DNA of 64,000 nt. Source: Pocillopora damicornis (Eukaryota). Positions 52,001-63,755 of the stretch are shown piece after piece (position 1 is the stretch's first letter; each line of letters starts with the position of its first letter). The stretch is from the NCBI RefSeq assembly GCF_003704095.1, contig NW_020843402.1, positions 1,116,001 through 1,180,000 of the forward strand, given 5' to 3'. Under the pieces are notes generated by a model. It saw nothing but the letters and a program-made list of their open reading frames with translations, made no database searches and was not told where the DNA came from. A program made the translations under genes and the position numbers.

Positions 52001-55000
52001 CTGGAATCATTTCCTATTGATCTTTTGGTTTCGTCAGCTAAGCTAAGAACTAGAAAATGCACTGGTTTTCACGAGGACGCAATTACAAACCAAAAGATAA
52101 CGATTTTTATATGTTATTTTCAGTAAACAAAAGCTCAAGGACAAAGAAAAAGAAAAAGCTACGGAAAAAGAACAAAATGACAAACCCAAAGAAAAGTTGA
52201 AAGGAGAAAAAGCAGAGAAGGCTAAGGAACAGAAAACGAAGGACAAAGAGAAAGAGCGAAGTAAGAGTCTTGAAAAGGAAGGAAAAGACAAAGTGAAAGA
52301 ACGACTGAAAGATAAGGAAAAAGAACGGTCGGGAAGTAAAAGTAAACATTCCTCCCCGGCTGTGCCTGAGTCGCCGCGTGATGGAGAGTACGAAAAAGGT
52401 ACAGTCAGTTACAGAACACATTTAGTTCGTATGGTATTACAATATGAGAAAGAGAGAGATACCGATACAGAACCAAGGTCGCCGGGCAAACTGTCAGAAG
52501 CGAACTTATGCTGTTTACCTTTCGGCTGATCTTATAGCGTCTGAAGTAATTGTCAATAGATAATATTCTCTGGTGGATTTAGAACTGGAAGAAAAGCAAG
52601 GGAAATGAGACGGCCTGTGTACTTTAACGTTCGAGCTAGCGGTAAACGTGGCTTAGAATGTAGTGCTCAGTACGCTTGACTCTTGAAACAAACCGAACGT
52701 GATTATACCTGGACAGCGGCCAAATTGTCTGGGAATCGTCGAAGGGTTTACCTACGTTGGCAAGTCTTCCTCTTTGAATGAAAAGAAATTTCATGGTCGC
52801 TTTGTGATAGCGATGTGTGCCTCAATCCTAAATTTTGAAACGATAACTGAAAGCAATCTTCTGATCAATGAAGTTTTTTGGGGTCACTTTCGTAGTTTCG
52901 CTGACAGATATATTTCTTTGTAATACCTACCCCGTAAGTTTCCATAAGTGGAATCAGAGCTCAGATAAAAATAACAAGCAACCCATTGCTGACCTAGTTA
53001 TTTACTTGTTTTCTTTCAGAAGCGAAGCGTCGCCGACTTGAAGGCATCTCTTCGCCATCTTCACAGGTTTGGGTTGTCAATTTTTCCTTTTTTCGTTTTT
53101 ACTGATCTGTTTGATTGTGTTGATAATTCTTAAAGTTTAATTCTGTTCCTGCTTTCCTTAAAATTAAAATGATTGCAGAGATATGTTGTGCGATATTTCA
53201 ATTTTGCTTTCCAGGAGAACTCTCCGTCGCAGGTTGCTGGTGATTCTGAGTCATTTAAGGTAAATTTTTTCCAATACTTCGTGGAAAAACCATGTAAATT
53301 GGTTACAGGGTAACTACATCAAGTGTGTACACAGAATACCCCCCCCCCCCCACTCATTCCAGTGCAGTGTTGACTTTTTGCCTCAAACCTTACGTTTAAT
53401 GAGAAAAAATGGTTTTTAGATGCATACAAAGTTGTTTTTAACTCTTTTTTTGCCTTTTCTCTTAAGAGTCCTGAAAATCAGGAACGGAAATCAAAACTGA
53501 TGGATCACGAAAAGGAAAAGACCTTAAAATCGGACAGGAAACGGGTGGGTTTTGTAGCTGTTTACCATGAAGTTGTTTAGTCGCCATGCCTTTGGGGAAC
53601 AGTTATTGAAAGAGCACAATCGTCTTCTGAAATGGAAGCAAAGTATCAGGAACTTCGCTTAGCAACCTTTCATCTTGACGTAAACCGCTGGCTCTATTAA
53701 AGTCAGCGTTATTTGCTATCAAATACAAAACTGTTTTATGTTAGAGATCATGTAAAGTCGCGGTCTTGGAAAGAGCTTTTGTGTTCATCCGAAGCAAGGG
53801 CCTAATTTGTATAATCCTTAATCGGCCCATGGTCATTACGGAAGCGTAATGCCCTGCTTTGATCTCGCTCTGAGCCAATTAGAGCGTGCGTTATATCGGC
53901 CACAAGCTTAAGCTATTTGATAAACAGAGCACGTATTACTGTTATCTTCTGCTTTTCTGACGATTTGTCTCTGATTAATTTCCATCGTTTCTTCCTTGAT
54001 ATAGACTTCGTTAGAACAAGGTGAAGGAAAAGAAGCCAAAAGGAGGAAAGAAGACGGAGAAAATACAGTTACTGTATCCAAGACATCCAATTCGCACGGA
54101 TCAGACGCAAAAGTCAAAGTGAAAGGCGAGGTAAGAAATGTTTTATCATCAGGCGCAACAGGCGCAACATTTAGGGTGAATATTGGTCACGCAATGTCGT
54201 GTGACAGTAATTAAACTGAATGAACAGCAAGAATTTTCATGAAGCTTTCCAACAGCTGTCACTTGTCCTGTTAACAAAGTTTCTATAGTTGAAAGATTTT
54301 CAATCCTTTCGCTCGGGATTTAGGAGAAATCAAAAATGGTGAAACTTGCTAGGAAACCACCAGCAGATGGTTCACCTCCTGGAAAAAAGGAGAAGGAAAA
54401 AGCCAAAGATAAAGAAAAAGATAAAGACCGGGAAAAGGAAAAGGAAGTTAAACCAACTGCGAGTAAAAAGGTATGGATATGGATATCGATTCTCTTTACG
54501 ATGGTGTACTTAACGAAAAATAGTTGTAAAGAAATTTTACGTGCGTCATTGCCTCTCACTCTTTTACAGATCACCTTCCTGGGGTGGGATGTTGGATCGA
54601 AATTGTGGTCAAACCATCCATTCCTTATATTGAACGTACATACAATTTACTATGGTGGTTTGTTTACTTTGCAGAAAGAGTCTCGTCACCTTGAAGTCAA
54701 AGACTCTGAACCCAAGGAAGAACAGGAACGGCCAAGGAAACAATATCCTTTGTTGACAGTGACTTTATAACAAAACAACTCATCTCTCCCGGGGGGGCTT
54801 TGTAGCGTCAAAAATACATAATTTATCTTTTAAATCCTCTTAGAATCTCCACTTTTTTCTCCCGAGTACCTCTCTCCACACGGGAGCATAGATGAAATCT
54901 GACAAGATGCATAGTATATGTGAGTTTCGTGCCCCGTGGAGGGAGGTACTTCCTGGTAATAGGTTGATGGGCATGTGCCGCTAGATGGGGTGGCATTTTC

Positions 55001-55523
55001 AATAGAGTTGTTTGAACGGGGTCGCACATTTTCCGGATTTTGGAAGTAAGGAAACTATGAGAAGTAGGGATTTAAAACTTGGTAGATTCGCGGTTAAAAA
55101 GTTGTTGCTGCGTTATCAAAAGTTACGAAGATGGCAGGGGACTATAATTCACCATAGAGTAGAGAATAATCAATAGGAGTTCTGAGAAGCAAACGGCACA
55201 TACCCAGCAAAATCTCAAGTACTCCCCCCTTCCCCATCCCAGAGGGGTTTCTGTAAGAAGCTAGCTCCTAATTCAGAGGGAATAACAATACTCCAATTCA
55301 CTGCATGTTACAGAAACCGGGGATTAGCACTGTCACTGAGTTAGGGCCACTAGGCCTTATGATTTGAAATCTAATCTAAATCAATTTCTGATTTAGGGAG
55401 GAAAGCCTCTTGCATTGAGCTTTATTCATGAACTGAATTTTTCTCTAAACACCCTCGTCAACTGTTTTTTCCTTGACTCCTTTTACTCATTCCAAGTCAG
55501 GATCGAGAAATCGCAGAACATGA
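34073..55523 (+). CDS. THOC2: THO complex subunit 2, about 47 exons. First exons 34073-34137, 34210-34286, 34361-34452, 35333-35384, 35541-35611, 36335-36456, 37025-37158; last exons 54324-54470, 54675-54742, 55487-55523
   Basis: [22 protein letters not shown]-terminus; [24 protein letters not shown]; [23 protein letters not shown]; [20 protein letters not shown]; [17 protein letters not shown]; [23 protein letters not shown]; [21 protein letters not shown]; K/E/S-rich C-terminal tail. These match what I recall of THOC2/Tho2, and the exon chain stays in frame. Confidence 0.95.
34761..34960. mobile_element. Degenerate TTAA MITE, subfamily A
   Basis: TTTACCCTTT...ATATTCTCC...GACCTTAATGTTTGATT...TTAGATGCTAGTC...GGGGTTGATGGATTAA. 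Confidence 0.55.
35870..36115. mobile_element. Short palindromic interspersed repeat with hammerhead-like core (family also at about 42149-42912 and 57750-57940)
   Basis: Shared blocks AAAGGGGG(T/A)AAGGTTCT, (A/G)GGGCTAAC(G/A)CT(C/T)GAAAC, GGTGGC(C/T)AAT and TCAACTCAGTTGATA. Internal inverted repeat around 35982-36066. Confidence 0.65.
40568..40781. mobile_element. TTAA MITE, subfamily A, reverse orientation
   Basis: GTATGGAGAATATGCATGCTGATG...GGGTTAA is the reverse complement of the 5' part of the 32537 and 44337 copies. Confidence 0.7.
42317..42876 (+). mobile_element. 5'-truncated Penelope-like retroelement remnant (GIY-YIG endonuclease C-terminus plus 3' region with decayed hammerhead ribozyme)
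   Basis: Frame reads [27 protein letters not shown]...[17 protein letters not shown]...[10 protein letters not shown]...LNR. Hammerhead-like fold at 42773-42817. Flanking direct repeats of about 15 bp at 42302-42316 and 42877-42891. Confidence 0.8.
43171..43425 (+). other. U12-type (minor spliceosome) GT-AG intron in THOC2
   Basis: 5' end GTATCCTAAC; branch site TTTTCCTTAAC 10 nt before the end of the intron, with no polypyrimidine tract. Splicing restores [16 protein letters not shown]. Confidence 0.85.
44080..44330 (+). mobile_element. Degenerate tRNA-derived SINE, same family as 25770
   Basis: TGGACTCCAGA...TCAAGTCCTGG...TGTGTTGTG...CTCTCACAGTGCCTCT...ATAATACCCCTTGTTGC aligns by eye with the 25770 copy. 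Confidence 0.55.
44337..44549. mobile_element. TTAA MITE, subfamily A
   Basis: TAACCCTTTACACCCTAGCATCAGTATGCATATTCTCCATAC...TTAGAGGTTTAAGGAATTAA. Confidence 0.75.
54743..55486 (+). other. U12-type AT-AC intron, last coding intron of THOC2
   Basis: 5' end ATATCCTTT; branch site TTTTCCTTGAC followed by TCCTTTTAC|. Splicing gives [16 protein letters not shown]. Confidence 0.88.
54935..55230. mobile_element. Probable non-autonomous TIR element inside the AT-AC intron
   Basis: GGGAGGTACTT...AAGTACTCCCC imperfect inverted termini bracketing about 290 bp. Confidence 0.4.
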
Positions 55524-57486
55524 GTATGGAAGATCTGTGAAGTGATTATTTCTCTTTCATGATTCCTTTCGCGGCACCCAGAAGTAAATTTTTTTACAGA
55601 AATAGTTTGAAAATGTACACGTCTCTTCAGAAAGCTGGGCGCTCCTACAGTGCAGATTTACACCAATTTTTTTTTAAGCGTTCAACATCTTGATGTTGTA
55701 GGGTTTTCCCAGATTTTCCCTCCGCTGTTTATTCACAGTCAGGGTAGCGGAAGTGACATTGTGTAGTTGTGATTACGTCAGTTTTCAAGTGTTTTAATTT
55801 TTGAAACGTTATGTTAGAAATTAGTGTGGAATAACCAGTTTGTCTGTGGGAGAGACTATTTTGAATCCAAGCAACAGAACTGAATAAAATTCATCTTTGT
55901 ACAGAACTGGAGGTTTCCTCTGTTGACTGTTGTAAAATATCGGCGGTTCTTTTGTATGTAATCACGTTCGTACCAATCAATGAATCAGCCATATTCTGAC
56001 ACTTTGACGTTTAGCGACCGACGTTCGGGTTCAATATCAGGTTAAATTTGAGCCAGGGGAAGGCGAACACAGTTCGAGACAACGGGGAGTTCGCGATAGC
56101 TGATAGTAAATGACTGAAAAGGGCACTTGCTTTGGCATAATAACAAATGTGATATCCATGCAAATTAAGGTTTTGAAATATTATGGCTGTTTATTCTGCT
56201 TCCGACTGCTACCATTTCTCACTGCTAACATCATGATCGAGAGCTTCATTACAAGGAACAGACCCGTGTTTGCTACCCATGAGCTATAGATGGAAGTCGC
56301 TCTAACACGGCCAATTTGGTTTCTGTATGATTAACTGAGAGACCTGCAAGTTTAACACTTCACTGATTTACTACCAATCAAAGCGGACAAATTGCTTGAC
56401 TACAACAGCGCAATGAGAGCTTCCGCCTAAAATTGCTGCCGTGGTGAAATCTCCGCACGACCTCAATTATCAATCTCGGTAGGGTAGCAATACTTTGAAA
56501 TTTTCTTTTATAGAGAAGAACGTTGGGAGGAATACATTACCCGGATTACTTCACGGGTGTCTTGTTATTTGTTTGAACTTGATGTAAGCGTAAATCTTAT
56601 GCAAACTTTCCAACCAGCTTGGTGAGCGAACAACATAGCGAAGAGAGATCAAGTTCCTGCTTCAGTTGCTACAATTCAAAGACTCGTTTTCTCTGAGTTT
56701 CGAAGGTAAGCATTTGGAGATCATTGGTGCTAAGAATAACCACAACTTGATTGTTTAAATGATGCCTTAGGTCGAAACAATCGTTTTATTGTTGAGGAAA
56801 CTTATGCTTCGTAGCTTCAGTAATCGGAGCTTAAAAACATTCATCGCATATTCAAGTTGCCTTCTACCAGTCCAAAACTTTCAAAACATTTTCGTGAGCT
56901 GATTTGGTTCGGCACGCGTGTGATCAGACACTCAAGCTACTGCAGTAACTCTTCGATACGAGCCAGAAATTACAGTAATAAAACGTGATTTTTAAGTCCT
57001 GCAGCGCTTGCTGTCTTTTCATGAAATGATTTTGCAGTCAACTTACTTTTAAAATTTGTTTACAGTACAAGAGACTGGAATTTCGCGACTGGTAAAGATT
57101 TTTTCTTCTTTTTTTATGTACGCAATCCGATCATCGGTTGAAAATGACCTTCGTTCACTGAGCAATATTACAAAACCATTTTGTTTTGAAACGATTGCTT
57201 TGCATTATCTTCATAAAACACTATTGACAAATGATCACGAATTGAAGTTTAGAGCTACAGAATAAACAGGTTAAACATTACCCTTAAAGGAAGGTATTTA
57301 CGGCTTTGCTTTCCTCTATTCTGTGAATCTTAAACGTTAATAATTCTTTAGCCGCCTAATTGATTACTCAAACGGTCAGCGAGCGTTGTATGACAAACAA
57401 AATTCAACTGGCTAATAAATAGTTGAAGCATCATCCATAAACTAGTTCTCTAACAAAGAAATTTTTGCTGCCTTTTCTAGTTGAAG

Positions 57487-57885
57487 ATGCTTATGCCCAA
57501 ATCGATCTTATCTCATCGAAAGCGTCGTAAAGAGTCAGAAGAAGATGGTAAGAGTAACATGGGAAGGTAAGAGATTGTCGGCATTACCTTAATGACCGAT
57601 GCAAAGATATACTAATATGAATTGTTCAATAAACATGCACAATATATACAAAACTGTTTTTTTAGGTATGACCTCCCTTCAAAATAAACAAAAACGTGTC
57701 TGCAACACAAAATTAGTATAACATCTTGATGATCGAACTACTTGAAGCTGTTAACAGGGTAATTTGGTATTATCAACTAAGAAGCTGACGTTTTGAACGT
57801 TAGCCCTTCGTCAGAGCTAACGCTCGAAACGTCAGCTTTCAAACTCTTGACGGTCGCCAATTTGTTATCAACTCAGTTGATTATA

Positions 57886-57929
<44 letters not shown>

Positions 57930-60041
57930 ACTCTACTCAGCTGTTAGTTTTGACAGTGAAAGCTTCATAAAATCAATATTGATAAAATTTAAAACTTACG
58001 CTTCCGTTATGCTTTTCCGCGGCCTCGCTGTCATACCTCCAGTACGAGAACACAAGATCATAATAAAGTATTGTCATTGAATGACCCTTGAGGGCCTCTT
58101 TACGCAATTTATCTTATCGTTAACCGTAAACGTTGACTGAGGTGAGTTGAATAACTACAACTCAGGGAAATTGCTCCTTTCATCTCTGTTCAGAAGGCGC
58201 AAACTTTACTGCATAAACGGACAATATTTGGAGATCACTGACGAAGGACGAGTGAAGGGAACGAGAAACTACCACAGTCCACATGGTAAGAGATTGCAGG
58301 CTCTCTTGTTCTCCTAGCTGCCCTCATTTGCACAACTCTGTTGCGAATTAAGTACTCGGGCCATGAATCCGAGCGGAAAAAATGAGGTTCCGTAACTTTC
58401 ACAACGAACCTATAAAACGTGTTCTGTTAGATATATATTATATCTGTGGGTTCAAATTTCGATTCAAAGAAACTTTTGAATTTAGCGGGCCGTACAATGA
58501 AATACGACGCGTTACATTGACCAATCACCGCCCGCGTACTAAAGGAGAGATCTGATAGTTCTGTTTCTTTCAATTAGTTGTACAAGCAGGTTTTATGATC
58601 GGAACAATATATGGTATTTCTTCTTTTTTTTAATTTTTCAGTCGTGCTAGAGCTAGTTCCAGTGGCAAGAGACCTTATACATATTAGAGGAGTCCATACG
58701 GGGTTTTATCTCGCAGTGAACAAATGCGGAGAGGTGTACACCACGGTAAGTCATGGCAGGTTCTCTGCTCTTGTCGTTACTTAGATTTTATTGCATCAGT
58801 ATTAATGAACAATCAGGCTGCGAAATATGCGAGGCGAAGATGAGCTTCATTTATTGATAATTGTGCGATTTTACACTTGCGGACGACGCGCTTTAAATCA
58901 TGCAGCCACTCAATTCTCGTATCCATGCTCACCCGTCCACCTGATATGCTTTCACTATTCTCACTCTCGGCGAAATAACCTTTCGAAAACTGTAAAATTT
59001 CCAAAAAAAGGATCGCTTTTATAACTTGTTAGTTAGACTCGTACATCTCATGCGCTTATTTGAATTATCAGGCCAAGAATTTTTAGGGAAAACTTGTCGA
59101 ACGCTTTCCAAAAGTATCAGTTTACATTTGTCCTCAGACTTAATCTATTCACCAAAGCTCATCGTTTTTCTCGAACTATGCTCTCGTAATAAACTCTCAT
59201 TTCTCCGAACTGGTAATATGTCCGTGGACAAACTTTGGAGCCTATTTTCCGCGGCAGCCCATCTAATACTAATTTTAACATCATAAGGATGAGGACAACG
59301 CGTTTTAATTCGTTGCAATTTTCCTCTGTTAGTTTCCAGCAATAGTTGTAGTTAACTGTGTGTACAGTTCCCTTTCATGTTCTCATTGTGAATTAAGTTA
59401 TTTAACAATTATTCGCGACAATTGTTTTTTAATACGATTGCTCATGTGCTGTCGAATTCTGTTGTAAACATCTGCGAGTAAAGGAAGCAGAGCGCATAGT
59501 TTGTTACAATTGTGTTGATTATTCGTATCAAGATTAGCAAGCAGTATAAACAGGTTCATTTCATTAAATCAGCAAAAGTTCACTATCTCTTTTTTTGAAA
59601 AGTTTTCCGCCAAACCCAGAAGCATCTTTTGTGCTCTTCGCAACTGAATTTTCTCCTGTCGCGTTTATCAATTCCTCAGAAACATTGACCAAACGCGAGG
59701 CACTCATTTGAAATTTAGTCCTCGACCAATCAGATCAGAGCGCGGGCATCTCTTAATTTTACTAAAAGCTGGATGCTATGACAATTAATGTCTCTTATCT
59801 GTGTTGTTCTTAAAAACGAATTACTTTCCCTTTTTCACTGACATAGATGATGAAAAACGAAGAGTGTATCTTCAGAGAAAAACTAACAAGAAACTTCTAC
59901 GACAGTTACTGTTCCCACAAATACAGCCGTGATAACTTAGTGCTGGGACTCATGAAAATTGGGGCATCAGTTACCACCACAAGAAGCGAGCGCTTTCGAA
60001 AAGAACATGAGGGACAATTCATAACAATGATTACTTTCTAA
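57487..60041 (+). CDS. Fibroblast growth factor, FGF1/2-like, no signal peptide. Exons: 57487-57547, 58166-58285, 58642-58745, 59847-60041
   Basis: RRRKLYCINGQYLEITDEGRVKGT; IHIRGVHTGFYLAVNKCGEVY; EECIFREKLTRNFYDSYCSHKY. The middle exon is 104 nt, the typical FGF core exon size. The first coding exon and the 58166 acceptor are less certain. A possible non-coding exon ends at 56705 (AAG|GTAAGC). Confidence 0.82.
57750..57940. mobile_element. Short palindromic interspersed repeat (same family), in FGF intron 1
   Basis: AAGCTGACGTTTTGAACGTTAGC-loop-GCTAACGCTCGAAACGTCAGCTT hairpin and TTATCAACTCAGTTGAT. ACTCTCCCACCGACGCAGCACCACAGTTTCTT is the reverse complement of the left arm of the 42170-42210 copy. 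Confidence 0.7.
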
Positions 60042-60432
60042 TGTGCATGATCCATGAATCAAACAGATATCAAAGATTGGAAAATAAACTCTGATTGTTT
60101 TGTTTTGGAAAAGTGAATCAAGTCAGCCGATGTGGTCGACGATCCGTGGTGACAAATCTAAGTACGGGAAGGAATAAGTGGTCGCTGCTGAAAACTTCAT
60201 AGTTATGCCGATAATTCCCAAACTCAAACGACTCTCGTTAAATTTCAGAATTAAATGATGTATATCTTTCTTAGACCGGTAGACTGTAGAGAAATGACGT
60301 AACAATCCCTAGATGTGAGCTGTGTAGCATAGCTGCCAAGGTGTGGCATACTTCTCCCCATGGACGCCTGACATTTTAAGTTCTGGCGGTATCGCTTGTC
60401 ACTTTGAGCCTAGTAATATATTACCTTGACAT

Positions 60433-60690
60433 TGAGTTCTCTGTTGCTCTGTGGTAGGGCAGTGGAGTGCGAAATCCGAAGGTCTGGGGTAATCTCGTAC
60501 TCAGATCCTACCTTTTTACTGTAAACGAAATGTACTTACAACCGCTCGACCCTGGAAGGTCTGGGTACGAGATTAGGTCTGGGGTTCAATTCCTTGAGGG
60601 CATTCAGATTTTTTCTTTGTCCCACAATTGTGATGAAACCGAGGAACCATTTCTTTTTCAACTACCGAGCCCAAACTTACCATTTTACTT
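60433..60690 (+). mobile_element. tRNA-derived SINE interrupted by an 86-bp MITE
   Basis: A-box-like TTGCTCTGTGG. Removing the insert and one TSD copy leaves tRNA-like AATCCGAAGGTCTGGGGTTCAATTCC, with the B-box GGTTCAATTCC at normal spacing. Confidence 0.55.
60490..60575. mobile_element. 86-bp MITE with 18-bp TIRs and 9-bp TSD (Mutator-like TSD length)
   Basis: TAATCTCGTACTCAGATC...GGTCTGGGTACGAGATTA, flanked by GGTCTGGGG at 60481-60489 and 60576-60584. Confidence 0.8.
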
Positions 60691-61267
60691 ATTTAAGCGG
60701 GAAGATTTATGACGTTATAACTGAACTGTGCGAAACTCTTTGAATCCTCATAACGTATAAAATCTGTTTTATTGCAGACATTCGGCTTCCTTTGAAACCA
60801 GTTGTTACAGGCTATACGATATCTCAATAAATTAAAGTATATTGAAGTAATGCGTAAATTCAAAGCGTACTTATGAAGGCTTGTTATTATATTACTACAA
60901 GACGGCTATGTTTTTTCTTTATACGATGAAATACAATCTCCTCAAGGAAAAAGAAGTCGCGTTGACCTCAAATGGTTCAATTAAATGATCATTTCTAATT
61001 TTCAATAGGCTCGAGCGTAACTAACCAATCCTACACGTTTCTTTACAAACTTACGAAAAAAAGGAATGAGGTAAATTCCATTTCCAATCACTTTGCTATG
61101 AATTTTTGTCTTTGGCCAAGAACTTTGTTGCTGATAATAATCTCTAGTTTTTTTTTTGGTTATTTTATTTTTGATTAAGTCTTAACATATCAATATATTC
61201 ATGAAGATCAGGCTTACTACATTTATCATGGACTTTTCAGGAAAAGGTCCCTTGGTCAAACGATGAC

Positions 61268-63755
61268 TTAACACCATTTGTCACAATGCATTTTCCCACC
61301 GAGGCATAAACAGAATTGGCAATCATCGGAATACTGCTCCAATGTCTGTTGGCAATAGATAAAAAAGAATGTTTTAGTAAAAAAAAAAGTAATAATACTA
61401 ATAATACTAATACCAATAATGACAAGAACAAGATGAAGAAGTTGTAATCATGCGATCTATGATGTGAAAAGACTCTTAGAAAAGCCAGCTAATAGTTTGC
61501 ATTTCCTCAGCTTAACTTTTTCTTCCTTGGAACAAAGTCACAGTGAGCAGTGATAGTTGACTCATGGAGCAATTTTCGGTAGGGTGTGAAATGCAATCAG
61601 AGAATAGGTTAGATTTGTTTAAGATGTTTTCCTATCCACTGATTGGCTACATACAGCGCACTCTAAAACCAACACTCTCCATTTGCAGTCGAATGATTCT
61701 CACACATGAGTGAACCAAAATATTAAAATAGGATGCTTAACATGTCAATTACCCTTGATGTCTTTATGTTATAGAAAACTCTCAAATGAAGAACTGTTGA
61801 GGTTCATTGATCGTCAAAATCACAGCCCAAATTGGATCTCTTTAATAGCCGACTCATGGAGTTTGAAATTTTTGGTGAGCACCGTGCGAGTTGTACATGC
61901 CAGGCTCTCGACAGGAGTGAACTCCTCTTATTTAACATAACCTCCCTACCTTGTATCTCTTTCCTTTGTGCAAACAACCACAGCGAGCAGTTGCCATACA
62001 TTTTCCCTGTCCATTCAGTACTCTCCCTTCAGGGCAGAAACAACCCTGAGTACATGATTGGCATTTGAGGCCATCATAATTTGAACAGGTGGCGTCACAG
62101 CCACACTTAAAAACTTTTCCAGTACCGCGACACTGATCCTCTGAGGAAATGAAAATGATAAGAAAAGTAGAACAAAGCGTTTATTATGGATTTAAGTTAA
62201 GGATCAGATTTCAACGAATTGAGCAAGCGGTTAGGTGAAGCCTATCTCTATTCTTGTCTTATTTAGATCAACTCCTCCAAGAAGGACCCGTTACACCATC
62301 TAATGTAAAGCTTGATCGACGATATTAATTTTGCCTTGAAATATGATATACGAGATGTTGTCTTCGGCTTCACAACTTTTGGGAAAGACGATAAGACGCA
62401 GATTGGCTCGATGAGTGCACTAAAGTTGAATTTTTGTGATGTGATACTTGAATCTTTAATGAAAACTCACCTTTACAAATTGGACAGCACTGTCCCTTGA
62501 GAGTCACAACGTCCCCTGACTTTCCACTACAGTCAGGCTTCGGGCAGACTGGCGGTGAACATGTGACCTTACCACCCTGTAGAAAGACCACATCATTAAG
62601 TAAATGATGCATTTTCCATTACACTAATGGCCTTTCTTTTCCCGTCCTTTCTCACAGAAGAGAAGTTCCGCTTACCTCACATTTGCAGGTCTGACAACTA
62701 TCGTTACTTGATTTCCATGTTTCGCCCTCCATATAAGTCTGATCGTTATCCTTGCAGACTTGGCATGTGTATGTGCAGATCACCTGGCCCCACTGGATAA
62801 AAGAGAGGTAAAAAATCAACGCAATGAATGATAAAACGACGGTTCAAGCAACTACGAACAGATTTGTAAGCATAATCGTGGTCGACGCGAGGAGAACGCA
62901 TAGTACTCGTGTCGCGTCTTTCTGGATGCTGTGCTATTTCAGGTTTGGGCGCCATCTTGGATTGTCTAACCACTCGCCTCAATTTCATGCGAGAGTTTTG
63001 AGTCCTGCTGGCTAAGTGAAGTCCCGCGGGTTGATTTGCTCATAGTGAAGTATTGTTGAACACAGAATAACTGTTGGCGCAATTTTGTCCTTCTACTCGT
63101 TTTGCCGATGCCATTTTACCAAGATTTTAAATTATTAAACCTTATCTTCTGCCTGCTGAAAAAGCATCTCGCAAGTCAACTTTCCCTAATATTTCTGGGA
63201 AGTCAGTACGATAAAAAAAAATATTATTTTACTCGAGATCGAAAGTAGTTTAGTAATCCATGATTATCACTAATTTCAGATTTTAATTGTTTTTAGTTAT
63301 TAATTTTTTTACGAGCTCATGGCAGATAAAACAATCAAGTCTCCCATGAGAATTCCAACTAACTAGGGACCATCAAATTTCGCGGTTGTATCAAAGACCT
63401 ACCGGATGAGCCACAAACAACTCTTTTGTGAGTTTTGCTCTATTCTGAATACCAACTTAAATATTCCTAAAATCAGTTCTTTTATTCGTGGGGACAAATT
63501 CAACATCCAAACCCTGGCTTAAGTCCAAAACGTCACTTTATCAAAAGTTGTAGCCACATTTTTTTCGTTACGTAGAATTTTAATTTGAAATACGAATTTC
63601 CTCATGTAATCTCTCGCGCTCCTACCGGTTTTAGGGCGCATGCTCACCTCGCAGTGACAAATGTTACACTTATCCCTTGTCCAGCGGTTTCCGTCCGCGT
63701 ATTTCAATCCATCAACTACACAGTCCTTTTTGCCAACGACATCAGTGCACTGACA
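61268..63755 (-). CDS. 3' part of a cysteine-rich VWC/TIL protein (kielin/chordin-, BMPER- or mucin/zonadhesin-like). Exons: about 63755-63648, 62792-62676, 62576-62471, 62140-61950, 61345-61268; the gene continues beyond the window
   Basis: CVVDGLKYADGNRWTRDKCNICHCE|WGQVIC; CKDNDQTYMEGETWKSSNDSCQTCKCE|GGKVTCSPPVCPKPDC...QCCPIC (VWC); CGCDATCSNYDGLKCQSCTQGCFCPEGRVLNGQGKC (TIL); final exon TLEQYSDDCQFCLCLGGKMHCDKWC*. AATAAA on the minus strand at about 61164-61169. Confidence 0.78.
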
